DNA from: Chloroherpetonaceae bacterium
GTDB taxonomy: Bacteria; Bacteroidota; Chlorobiia; Chlorobiales; Thermochlorobacteraceae
Direction of reading: 5' to 3'
Assembly: GCA_033763895.1 (NCBI GenBank)
Contig: JANRJQ010000014.1
Location: 68,926-132,925 of the forward strand
DNA: 64,000 nucleotides
The notes beneath the pieces are model-generated. The model was not told where the DNA came from. It ran no database searches and worked only from the letters and a program-made list of their open reading frames with translations. The translations under genes and the position numbers were made by a program. Shown here in pieces: positions 15,898 to 25,000 of the stretch. Position 1 is the stretch's first letter, and the number at the start of each line of letters is the position of its first letter.

Positions 15898-16962
15898 TTA
15901 AGTTTCTTTTTTAATCTCATTGATAAATTCAGAAATAGGTCTAACATAATCCTTTAAACCCACATGCTGGCTTGCGTATTTTAATTTTCTACTATTGTCT
16001 GGCAAGAAAAATATTTGCCTTTGTTCTCCGAGAAGAGTCAGTTTATCATCAGACAAATCCTCATCGAAGGTCACTACATGATAAATATATTTCACTTTAA
16101 ATCTGCTGAATATTTCTTTTGAACTGCTTATGTTCTTCCATCTTTCACGAAGGGTTCTTTTGCAGGATATTCCTATAACCCATCCATCTCTACATTTGAC
16201 CCAATTGTCAACTTCTAAATCTGCTTGAAAATGACTTGGTGCCTCTGCTCTACTAATGCCGTAATAATCAAGAATAAAATCTGTAACATCTTCTAAACTT
16301 CCCCCCGCTCGTGATTTTCTTTTTTGGCCTGCTCTCCGTTCGAATTCTTGACAAAAGGCAGTCAGAATAATGTCTTGATCATAATTACCAAGATTTAACT
16401 TATCATTAAGGAAAACTCTTAAAGAACCAAATGCTTTTATTATTTCTGTCCTTTCAGCATTCAAACAGCCCTTTACTCCTAAATCATCCCATAAATTAAT
16501 AATTGTTGCAAGACCAATTGAACCATTTATATCTAAAAAAGCCTTAGCAATCGATTCTGTATATATTTTATCATTACTTGGAATATTTGAAATTGCCTGA
16601 TTAAGAGGCATTACAACTTGTTCACAGGTTAAAATAAATGCACTCATTTCATCGTAAGTCTGAATATCATCATTTAAATCTTCCAATAATTTTTCAATTC
16701 TCATTTTTTTTGAGGAAGATTTTTCAAATTTTCTTCTCAAAATTTCGTTTAATGTCCTTTTTTGATGAATAAAAACTTCCGATTTATTCTTAAATGATTC
16801 ACTTATAATTTTTAAACTAGATGTTATCTCTAATAATAATTTGTTGTTTTTACCAATAGATCCATATTTATCACCACTTATTAGCATTCTTGAAAACCAA
16901 TAAACTTTATGCCAGTGATTTTGTAATTCTTCAATTACTGCCATTAAATTCCTCCATTTCAC
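15898..16962 (-). CDS. Type II restriction endonuclease candidate (PD-(D/E)XK-like), family not identified
   Basis: Last gene of a tightly overlapping M-M-R operon. Motifs: KRKSRAGGSLEDV and ADLEVDNWVK...ISCKRTLRERWKN. Very AT-rich. Confidence 0.6.
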   Translation of the reverse strand: MKWRNLMAVIEELQNHWHKVYWFSRMLISGDKYGSIGKNNKLLLEITSSLKIISESFKNKSEVFIHQKRTLNEILRRKFEKSSSKKMRIEKLLEDLNDDIQTYDEMSAFILTCEQVVMPLNQAISNIPSNDKIYTESIAKAFLDINGSIGLATIINLWDDLGVKGCLNAERTEIIKAFGSLRVFLNDKLNLGNYDQDIILTAFCQEFERRAGQKRKSRAGGSLEDVTDFILDYYGISRAEAPSHFQADLEVDNWVKCRDGWVIGISCKRTLRERWKNISSSKEIFSRFKVKYIYHVVTFDEDLSDDKLTLLGEQRQIFFLPDNSRKLKYASQHVGLKDYVRPISEFINEIKKET

Positions 16963-17710
16963 TGAATGTAATAAATGATCTTTCCTTAAATTCTAAAATC
17001 CTTTTTTCCGCCATTTCTACATATAGAGGTGACTTATCAATACCGATATAATTTCTTCCATTTATAATTGCTGCTAAAGCGGTCGTACCCGACCCAATAA
17101 ATGGATCTAAAATAAGTTTTGCTCTTGTAGATGAAATGATTCTGTCGATTAGAGCGACAGGGAAAGGTGCGGGATGAGCATTTTTCATTTCTTGTTTGAA
17201 TTCCCAAACGTCTCCAAAAGAATTAGCCTTTGGTAAAAGTTTAAATTTCGGTTTTGCAATCATATAGATTACTTCATATGTCGGAAGAAAATAACCGGGA
17301 TTAAAATTTATACCTCCCTTCCTTTTCCATATAATTATTTGACGAACTGGAAAATCCTTAACTATGTCTTCACGATCTTGCAGTAAACCGTCCTGCACAC
17401 GCCATTTGTGGTTATAAAAAATCGCCCCTTCATCGTTAATTAATCTCATCATTTCGGTCAAACATTCTCTTTGCCACTTTACATATTCATCATGTGGCAT
17501 ACAATCATCATGATGACTATAACCATTTACTAATGATGCATTTTTCCATTTACCGCCACGCCCATCTTTCATGCCGTTTCCTGTAGAATTTTTTAGGTTA
17601 TAAGGTGGTGATGTAACGACTAAGTCAATACTATTTGTTGGCAATTGTTTCATTATTTCTAAACAATCACCTACATAAATCTTGTTAAGATCTATTGAAT
17701 TATTTTTCAT
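16931..17710 (-). CDS. DNA methyltransferase, beta-class N4-C/N6-A type (SPPY motif)
   Basis: 259 aa. Motif IV is VVTSPPYNL and motif I is DPFIGSGTTALAA. The order IV then I indicates the beta class. Confidence 0.9.
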   Translation of the reverse strand: MKNNSIDLNKIYVGDCLEIMKQLPTNSIDLVVTSPPYNLKNSTGNGMKDGRGGKWKNASLVNGYSHHDDCMPHDEYVKWQRECLTEMMRLINDEGAIFYNHKWRVQDGLLQDREDIVKDFPVRQIIIWKRKGGINFNPGYFLPTYEVIYMIAKPKFKLLPKANSFGDVWEFKQEMKNAHPAPFPVALIDRIISSTRAKLILDPFIGSGTTALAAIINGRNYIGIDKSPLYVEMAEKRILEFKERSFITFSEMEEFNGSN

Positions 17711-18677
17711 AAAAATTTCTAACCTTTTTCAATTTAAATTTCAAACTATTCCTCTCCCAAAACACCCCATCCGCGAAGCCTTGAATACCCGTTTCCTTTT
17801 CAGCCAATTCCAAACGCTTTTCTGCCCAAACGCCATATTCCTCATTCAATTCAATCCCGATGTAGTTTCTCCCCAGTTTTTTTGCAACCACCGACGTTGT
17901 TCCCGACCCCAAAAACGGGTCAAGCACCACATCGCCCTTTTTGGAAGAGGCTAAGATGAGTTTCGCGATGAGCTTTTCCGGCTTTTGCGTGGGATGGTCG
18001 GTATTTTCGGGCATCGACCAATACGGCACACTGATATCATCCCAAAAATTAGAGGGAAATGTGATTCTGAAATTCCCGTCCTCGGTTTCTTCCCAATCTT
18101 TTGGCTTTCCGTCTATTTTATAAGGCGCAATCACTTTGCGTTTCATTTTCACGGCTTCGACATCGAAGTGGTAACTGTTTTTATCCTTTACCCCAAACCA
18201 AATGTCTTCCATCGCATTTTTCCAATTGCTTTGTGCGCCGCGTCCCTTTTCGCGCTGCCAAGTAATTCGGTTCATCACCACCAAATGCGCTTCCATTACT
18301 TCTTGCAGGGCGGCGGTGCACTTCCAATCGCCGCAGAGATACAGCGAGCCGGTATCTTTGAGCAGCCGAACGATTTGTGGAAACCACGTTCTTAAGTAGG
18401 CGCGATAATTTTCGGTATCCGTTTCTTTGAATTGAAACCCGTTGAAATTTTTGCTGAGGTTGTAGGGCGGGTCAAGAATGATAAGGTCAGCAATTTTTTC
18501 AGGGAGTTTTTCAACGATGGGGAGCATATCGCCGCATAGCGTATTGTTGAGAACAGCATCGAGAGATAGTTCACTTTCATCTTTCACCCGAACCAACTTC
18601 GAGGCGAAGCGTGGGTATTCCACGGCATCAACCGTAAGCGTTCGATTCCGCTCCGCTCTGATATTTTCGGTTTCCAT
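17700..18677 (-). CDS. DNA methyltransferase, beta-class N6-A/N4-C type (DPPY motif)
   Basis: 325 aa. Motif IV is ILDPPYNL and motif I is DPFLGSGTTSVVA. It overlaps the next methylase gene by 11 nt. Confidence 0.9.
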   Translation of the reverse strand: METENIRAERNRTLTVDAVEYPRFASKLVRVKDESELSLDAVLNNTLCGDMLPIVEKLPEKIADLIILDPPYNLSKNFNGFQFKETDTENYRAYLRTWFPQIVRLLKDTGSLYLCGDWKCTAALQEVMEAHLVVMNRITWQREKGRGAQSNWKNAMEDIWFGVKDKNSYHFDVEAVKMKRKVIAPYKIDGKPKDWEETEDGNFRITFPSNFWDDISVPYWSMPENTDHPTQKPEKLIAKLILASSKKGDVVLDPFLGSGTTSVVAKKLGRNYIGIELNEEYGVWAEKRLELAEKETGIQGFADGVFWERNSLKFKLKKVRNFYEK

Positions 18678-18766
18678 TTACTTTAATTGTTGTTAACGCT
18701 TAAGGGCAGTGTTCTAAAGCAGAATTTATTTCTCAAAACGCAACTTTGCAACAGCAAATTCTTGCA

Positions 18767-18926
18767 TGATAGAAGTGCATTCAGGATTCCGAACGCGTGT
18801 TGCTTGACTAAATGACCAACCAAAAGGCATGTCATTTCGAACGGAGCTTTAGCAGAGTGAGAAATCTCCAGTGCGCGGGGAATCGGAGATTTCTCACAGC
18901 GAACTTGACGAGCATCTTCAATCCTC
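18767..18926. repeat. Nested-palindrome dispersed repeat element (REP/MITE-like), copy 1
   Basis: The outer inverted repeat atgtcatttcga (18819-18830) / tcgaaatgacat (18915-18926) encloses the hairpin gagaaatctcc...ggagatttctc. Confidence 0.6.
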
Positions 18927-18944
18927 GAAATGACATACACTTCT

Positions 18945-19063
18945 ATTTGGTGGCTTGCAGGATTCCGGACAAGCCGGAATGACCAACCAATAGGCATGTC
19001 ATTTCAAACGAAGCAACGCGGTTTCAAGAAAGTTGGGAAATCTCAAGCGTGGGGAAGGTTGGA
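18945..19063. repeat. Same repeat family, copy 2 (diverged)
   Basis: caggattccg..atgaccaaccaa.aggcatgtcatttc.aacg.agc...gaaatctc...ggagatttct aligns with 18771-18887. Confidence 0.6.
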
Positions 19064-19314
19064 GATTTCTGACATTTTTTTGTTTTATCTCCGTGTGATT
19101 CGAGTACTTGCCTTGTGAACTTTGTGTTTTTAAATCCGAAACACGGAGGTCACTGAGAAAAACCACAGAGAGCACAAAGGATTATTGCGTCTTCGCGGCT
19201 TTGCGAGAAACAGTAGCCTCGTAAGGTGGTTTCAGCACTTCGAAAAGATTAGGGCGACACGGGCAAAAACACATAATCTCCTTGCGATATGGTAAGAAAA
19301 GGGAGATAAAAAAA

Positions 19315-19917
19315 TTAGAAAAGAAGAAGATTAGTGCCGAAAGTTAATGAGAAAGAATTAAAACTTGAGCTTGTCACTGAGTTTGTTTGTTGAAAATCTG
19401 ATCGAACGGTTAATACATTTGCATTTAATTCAGAATAAATCTCAAGAAAATTTGCAACTTTTTTTGAAACACCTATACCAAAAATAAATCCTAATGTAGG
19501 AACATTTTTTGATGAAAAAGTTGTTGTTTCGGAATTAGGAGTAAATTTACTTTCAACTTTTACAAAACTAATTATCATTCCTGCTCTTGTGTATAATTCA
19601 ATATTATCATTGATAAAGAATATTTTGGTACTTGGAATTAAGATGAGGCCTGAGGTTTTATATTCATATCTTTGATCCAAAATATTGCTGCTTATCAAAC
19701 TCCCTTCTAATTGAACTTGAAAAATATTGTTTATTCGATAAGCTAAACCTGCATTATAGCGTAAGCCCGACTCATTGTCCAATAGAAATGAGTCATTTTC
19801 TTTTAGAATTGGCAAATGATAACCACTACTTAAACTAAGAGAAAGTTTTTGTGCTTCTAATTGTGTAGTGAAAAATAATAAGTTAATTGCGAGAAAAATT
19901 CCCTTTTTCATATTCAT
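19315..19917 (-). CDS. Small outer-membrane beta-barrel protein
   Basis: Signal peptide (MNMKKGIFLAINLLFFTTQLEAQ), alternating beta-strand pattern, C-terminal ...NLLLF. Confidence 0.55.
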   Translation of the reverse strand: MNMKKGIFLAINLLFFTTQLEAQKLSLSLSSGYHLPILKENDSFLLDNESGLRYNAGLAYRINNIFQVQLEGSLISSNILDQRYEYKTSGLILIPSTKIFFINDNIELYTRAGMIISFVKVESKFTPNSETTTFSSKNVPTLGFIFGIGVSKKVANFLEIYSELNANVLTVRSDFQQTNSVTSSSFNSFSLTFGTNLLLF

Positions 19918-19920
19918 ATC

Positions 19921-20478
19921 CTATAAATCTTTTTTAATACCAATCGAAGTTCCAAAGTTACTATAAGGAATAGTTCCACCATCAATTAAATTCCCATTTG
20001 CTTCAATGAAAATTCCAAATAGATTTTGAATGGGATAAGTAAGACCAAGCCCACCTGTAAACCCAAAACCGAATTTGAAGCCCGAACGAAACCCTGAGGG
20101 GCTAAAGTCCATATTATTCAAAGAAAGACCTAATCGCGAGTACAATTGAATAGATTCTAATTTCTTATTTAATACAATAAAAGGTGAAAAACCATAGCCA
20201 ATTGTTTTATATTGACTTAACCCAGAACTTCTCCCGCTAAAGTAGAAACCATCAATTTCCAGACTGATAAGTTCAGAAAGGTGATAACCAACCGATCCGT
20301 TCAATCGGATTCCTGTTCCAGAATTTGTAATGGTGTTACTGAATCCACTTCCAAACTCAGGAAATCCTTCTGTCACACCAAAGTAATAACCTCCACCAAA
20401 CTTCGTGTAAATGGTTTGTGCCAAAATACTACTGGGAAGAAGAACAATTAAAGCAATTAAAAAAAAATGCTTTTTCAT
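19921..20478 (-). CDS. Small outer-membrane beta-barrel protein
   Basis: Signal peptide (MKKHFFLIALIVLLPSSILAQ) and Gly/aromatic-rich beta-strand repeats. It sits 3 nt from the downstream gene. Confidence 0.55.
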   Translation of the reverse strand: MKKHFFLIALIVLLPSSILAQTIYTKFGGGYYFGVTEGFPEFGSGFSNTITNSGTGIRLNGSVGYHLSELISLEIDGFYFSGRSSGLSQYKTIGYGFSPFIVLNKKLESIQLYSRLGLSLNNMDFSPSGFRSGFKFGFGFTGGLGLTYPIQNLFGIFIEANGNLIDGGTIPYSNFGTSIGIKKDL

Positions 20479-20489
20479 TTTTTAATGTT

Positions 20490-20936
20490 TTATTTTAAGT
20501 TAACTTTAAACTCTAAAAATTCATAGTTCTCATCGGCGAATTTTTCTTGAGAAGTAATTAATTTATATTTCAAGGTTTCGTTACTATCAGATAAAAATGA
20601 ATATTGATAAGAGTCGGATTTTTTACAACTTGAACATTGCTCGTAAAATATCCCATCCTTCACCCACCATTTGCCGTATTCCACACTTCTTTTTCCGCTA
20701 CCGTTCTCGATGGCTACAAACATAATTACATAAGTACCATCTGCGAAGCGCTGTTGCATCCAATGTTTTTGCATACCTAATTTTTGATAGTCTGTTTCCA
20801 TACCTTCCCAGACCCCGACGAGACGAATATCCGTGCTGTCAGAAACCTTTTTTTCAATCGGTTTTTGAATTTCTTTAGACCCGCAGGCTGAAAAAAGAAT
20901 TAAACTGATAAACCCAACTAAAAAAAATTTATTCAT
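20490..20936 (-). CDS. Lipoprotein (lipocalin-like?)
   Basis: The lipobox LILFSAC follows MNKFFLVGFIS. First gene of a three-gene operon. Confidence 0.55.
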   Translation of the reverse strand: MNKFFLVGFISLILFSACGSKEIQKPIEKKVSDSTDIRLVGVWEGMETDYQKLGMQKHWMQQRFADGTYVIMFVAIENGSGKRSVEYGKWWVKDGIFYEQCSSCKKSDSYQYSFLSDSNETLKYKLITSQEKFADENYEFLEFKVNLK

Positions 20937-21012
20937 ATGATTATTATTTAAAAATAATTACAATTTAATTTATTGATATTTCTAAGACTTTGAATTAAAA
21001 ACGGCAATCGAC

Positions 21013-21264
21013 TTCTGCTTGAATTATTTATACTCGAGTCTTCAAATTCACAACCTCTGTATCACATTTTCATACTCTTGTTACAAAAATAGTGACTGCT
21101 GTGTTTCTTTTTAATACGCAAGTCATAAAATCGATGACCGCTGTATTACATTTTCATACTCGTGTTACAAAAATAGTGACTTCTGTATTACTTTTTCATA
21201 CGCAATTCATTAAATTGACGACCGATGTATCAACTTTTCATAAAGTAATACTGTTAAAAATGGA
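21013..21264. repeat. Tandem array of six contiguous 42-bp units (84-bp higher-order period)
   Basis: Units start at 21013, 21055, 21097, 21139, 21181 and 21223. The consensus is roughly nnctgtattacnttttcatacncnngtnanaaaatngtgac. Units 1 and 3 match at 39/42, and units 2 and 4 at about 34/42. Confidence 0.9.
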
Positions 21265-21312
21265 GCAATTTTCATCTTCTCTCTCCTTTCTTCCTTTCTT
21301 ATTTTATCAGTA

Positions 21313-21780
21313 TTATTTTGAATCGGATTTCCGCATCCCTTGTTTCTTAAACCTTGCTCCCATTTCCGTTACCATCGGTTTTAGTGAAGCGTTCTTTTTA
21401 ACGGCAAGTTTAAATTGGTTATAGATTGTATCCGCTTCAGCGCGCGCCTTATTCGCTGCTACCAAACGAAGGTCGTTGATGGTCTTGTGAACTTGCTCTA
21501 TTTGCAAGAGAAGCGACTCTGCCTGCGAGAACAGTTGCACGGCATTTTCAAATGAGGCTTTGTCGAAATCTGCTGGCATCACATTTGGAAATTGAGCTAC
21601 GGCACTTTGGCAGTCATTCAAATAATCAATGCTGCTATCGCCCACTTTTTTCAGTCTTTTGATTTCGACCGAAGAAAGCGTCGAGGTAAAACTTAGGCTG
21701 CTCGCAAGGTCATTGACCCTTTTCTGCAAAGAGGCAAATGCCTCATCAGAATACGCGGTTGGAACTGTAGGAATCGCCAT
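21313..21780 (-). CDS. Hypothetical protein (helical)
   Basis: 155-aa ORF with no motif recognised. Confidence 0.45.
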   Translation of the reverse strand: MAIPTVPTAYSDEAFASLQKRVNDLASSLSFTSTLSSVEIKRLKKVGDSSIDYLNDCQSAVAQFPNVMPADFDKASFENAVQLFSQAESLLLQIEQVHKTINDLRLVAANKARAEADTIYNQFKLAVKKNASLKPMVTEMGARFKKQGMRKSDSK

Positions 21781-22029
21781 TTTTTTAATCGTTTGAGTTA
21801 ATAAAAATGAACCAAAAGAATGGAAAAAAAAAGATTTATTTGTGAGAAGTAATTAGGGCGTTAATCGGGATTATGGATTATTATCAAAGCCTTCCTGTGG
21901 TTAGCGCCTTCGATTCTTGATTTTACAAATTATCTTCAAATTTCACAAATTTATTTCACTCTTCCCCGAACCGTTTTTTTCTTGGATTTTCTTGAAGATT
22001 TATAGAATTAGTAAAACCAACACACCAAA

Positions 22030-22056
22030 AAAAAGACGCCTCGTGGGCGTCTTTTT
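22030..22056 (-). terminator. Rho-independent terminator of the giant adhesin gene
   Basis: agacgcc-loop-ggcgtct hairpin. On the minus strand it is followed by a T-run. Confidence 0.6.
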
Positions 22057-22077
22057 AATTCTAACTGAGAAGATGAA

Positions 22078-25000
22078 TTACTTCACAAGCATCATTTTCT
22101 TTGTCGCGGTGTTTTTTCCGGAACGTATGGCGTAAAAATAAATACCACTCGAAAGCTGCGACGCATTGAACCGCGCCTCGTATTGCCCTGCTTCTTTGCG
22201 CTCATTGACAAGCGTTTGCACTTCGCGCCCCAAAATATCATACACCTTCAGCACCACAGCCCCGGCTTCGGCGATTTGATAGCGAATGGTGGTGGAAGGG
22301 TTAAATGGATTCGGGTAATTTTGATCCAATGAAAATTGATACGGCGTACGAACCGAAATCGGCTTGTGCTCCGTGGCCACACCGGAATAGCTCACATCAT
22401 AAAGTTTGTAGTGATACATCGTGCCGGGCTTTAGACTCCGTTCATCTTCGTATTGATAGGATTTTCCAACGGAAGCATTCCCTGCGCCGCGGAGTGCAGG
22501 ATGAGTACGGAAATCGGCAATGGTTTCATAAGGCCCCGATTCGGTGAGAGCGCGTTTCAATACATAGCCTTGATTATCCCGCTCGGAGGCCGTTGCCCAC
22601 TGAAGTGAAATTTTCGTTTCAGTTGCTTTCGCTGTAAACGAAGTCAGTTCAACGGGTAGTGGGTTATCGCCTAAGGTGCCGATGGCAAACTCGCCGAGCA
22701 ATGACATATTCTTTGCAATCATATAATTTCCTTTGAAGTCGAAAATCACAAAGCCGTAGTCATTAACACTTTCCCAAAATGCCGTTTCATCATCGCGGCG
22801 AAGCAGTTGAAGAGTACTTATGTTGGTAACACCTGTGATGGGTGTAAGATCAAGAACGAGGTCGAAATTCATCGTATAGCTTGGCGTGGTGAGGCTCCAA
22901 TATTTATCGGCAGAAATTCCCGGAACCCCTAAAGGCAATGAGCCATTGATGGTTGGGGAGACTCCGGCGAAAGTCGTGAGGGGAATATCGCCACCATTTG
23001 AGTTGATTGCCACACGAATGATAGCCCCAGTTTTGCCAATGATAAACCCGCCCGTTTGCCCATCGAGGATGGTTGGGTTAATAATTTCAGAGCGCAAGAA
23101 ATCGGTAATTGTCCCGAAATCAACTTGTAAAGTTGTTGGTGCTGGGTCGGCTGTTAATACAATTGCAAGAGGATTATCTTCTGCACGGAGGTTATCTAAT
23201 AACGGGTTTGCCCCTGTGTTTAACACATTCAACAAATTAAACTCACAGTTCAACCGATTAAGAAGCGGTAAATCGCTGAGGTCTAATTCGGTAAGTTGGT
23301 TATCATAACAATATATTTCTTCAAGTAAGGGATTTTGTGAGAGATCAAGCGATGTTATTTGATTTTCATGACAATCCAACACTCTTAAAAATGGATTGCC
23401 TGAAGTAACCAAAGTGGTAAGAGAATTATCTCCAATGTTTATGGATTCCAAACGAACAAAGGCTTCAAGCCCTGTTGAATTTACTATGCCACTAAAACCT
23501 AATGATAAGTCTGTAATTGCCGCGGCTGCTGAAGGATTGGTGATAAAATTTGCTCCGTCAAAAGTGATTCCATAATCGGCTGCTAATTTATTTCTAAAGT
23601 TTTCATCAGGCACTTCTCTTGGTCCGATTTTATAAGATGCCGGAGCTGTATCAAAAAAGGTCGTAACTGAACCGGAAGGAAAAGGCAAGGCTGAAACCGT
23701 TAAGAAAAAAGGCGTGGGATTTCCTTGGATATCCAATGACTCAAGAACCGTATTGGGTGTAATATCTAACTCGGTAAGTTGATTATTAAAGCACGCCAGT
23801 TCGATAAGCCCTGTAGCGGGCGATAAATCCAAAGTGGTCAGTGGATTATCGTTGCAGATTAAGTTGGTTAAGGTGGAAGTGCTTGGAAGCGTGAGCGAGG
23901 TAAGTGAATTGAAACTGCAATCCACAAGTTGCAATGTTGTGTTATCCGTTAGATTGAGAGTTGTTAAAGCATTGTATTGGATACGCAAATCAGATAACGA
24001 CGAAAGTCCGGTTAAGTTTACGGAAGCGATATTACTTTCGCTACAGCGAAGGGTCACCAAATTCGGATTTCCGGTGAGGTCAAGGGTTGTTAAATCGGTA
24101 TTGTTGCCATACAGCAATGTAAGGGCAGAAAGCATTGAAACATCAATCGATATGATTGGGTTTGTCCCAAAATCCAAGTAAGTAAGTGCTGTATTGGAAC
24201 TGACATCAAGGCTGGGTAAAAGATTATTTGGGCAGCGAAGATCATTGAGCGCTGTCAAGGTTGAAACATCAATGGAGGTAAGGTCATTATCGCCGCAAGC
24301 TAAAAAAGTAAGATTCGGATTGTTCAGTGTTAATGTGGTTAAATCGTTCAGCGAGCAATCTAAGTAAGTGAGATTGGCGTTTGAGGAAACATCTAAAGAA
24401 GTTAAAAGATTAGCAGAACATCTTAAGTTAGATAAATTTGAATTTGATGAGACATCAAGGGTATTTAAAGAATTTCCCGCACAGAACAATGTCCCTAAAG
24501 TGCTTGTTGAAGGAAGCGTAAGCGTAGTTAAGTCATTATCATGAGCATAAACTTCAATAAGCGCAGTGTTTGCCGATAAGTCTAGTGATGTTATCGAATT
24601 GACTTGACAGGAAAGTGTTTGTAATAAAGGGTTATTGCTGAGATCTAATGAAGTAAGTGCATTTCCAGAACAGTATAAAAGTTGCAATGAGGGTAACATT
24701 GAAAGATCTAAAGAAGTTAGAAGATTGACATCACAGCCTAAAACTCCTAAAGATGTGTTTCCACTCAAATCAAGTGTAGTAAGATAATTATAGTCACAGT
24801 AAAGTGTAATAAGACCTGTGAAGAGCTTAATACCTGTCAAATCAAGAATGTTTGAATCGCTAACATCTAGTTCATTAATCCCCGCCACAAACGGCAAATT
24901 GGTTACCCTATTGCTCATATTGAAGGTTACGCCTTCTGCAATCAATGCCGTGCGGAAATTGGCATCGGGCACTTCAAGGTCGCTGCCCAAGTATTTGATG

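Noticed and set aside
18683-19118. ORFs of 104 and 62 aa across the palindromic repeat elements
   Set aside because: They lie within structured dispersed repeats, with no start context and nonsense-like composition.
21013-21264. Possible CRISPR array
   Set aside because: The units are contiguous with no unique spacers, they alternate between two subtypes, and no cas genes are present.
21092-21424. 110-aa ORF reading through the 42-bp tandem array
   Set aside because: It has a GTG start, no visible RBS, and runs antisense into the 3' end of the 21313-21780 gene. The open frame is most simply a consequence of the 14-codon periodicity. It is kept as an alternative reading in the findings rather than called as a CDS.
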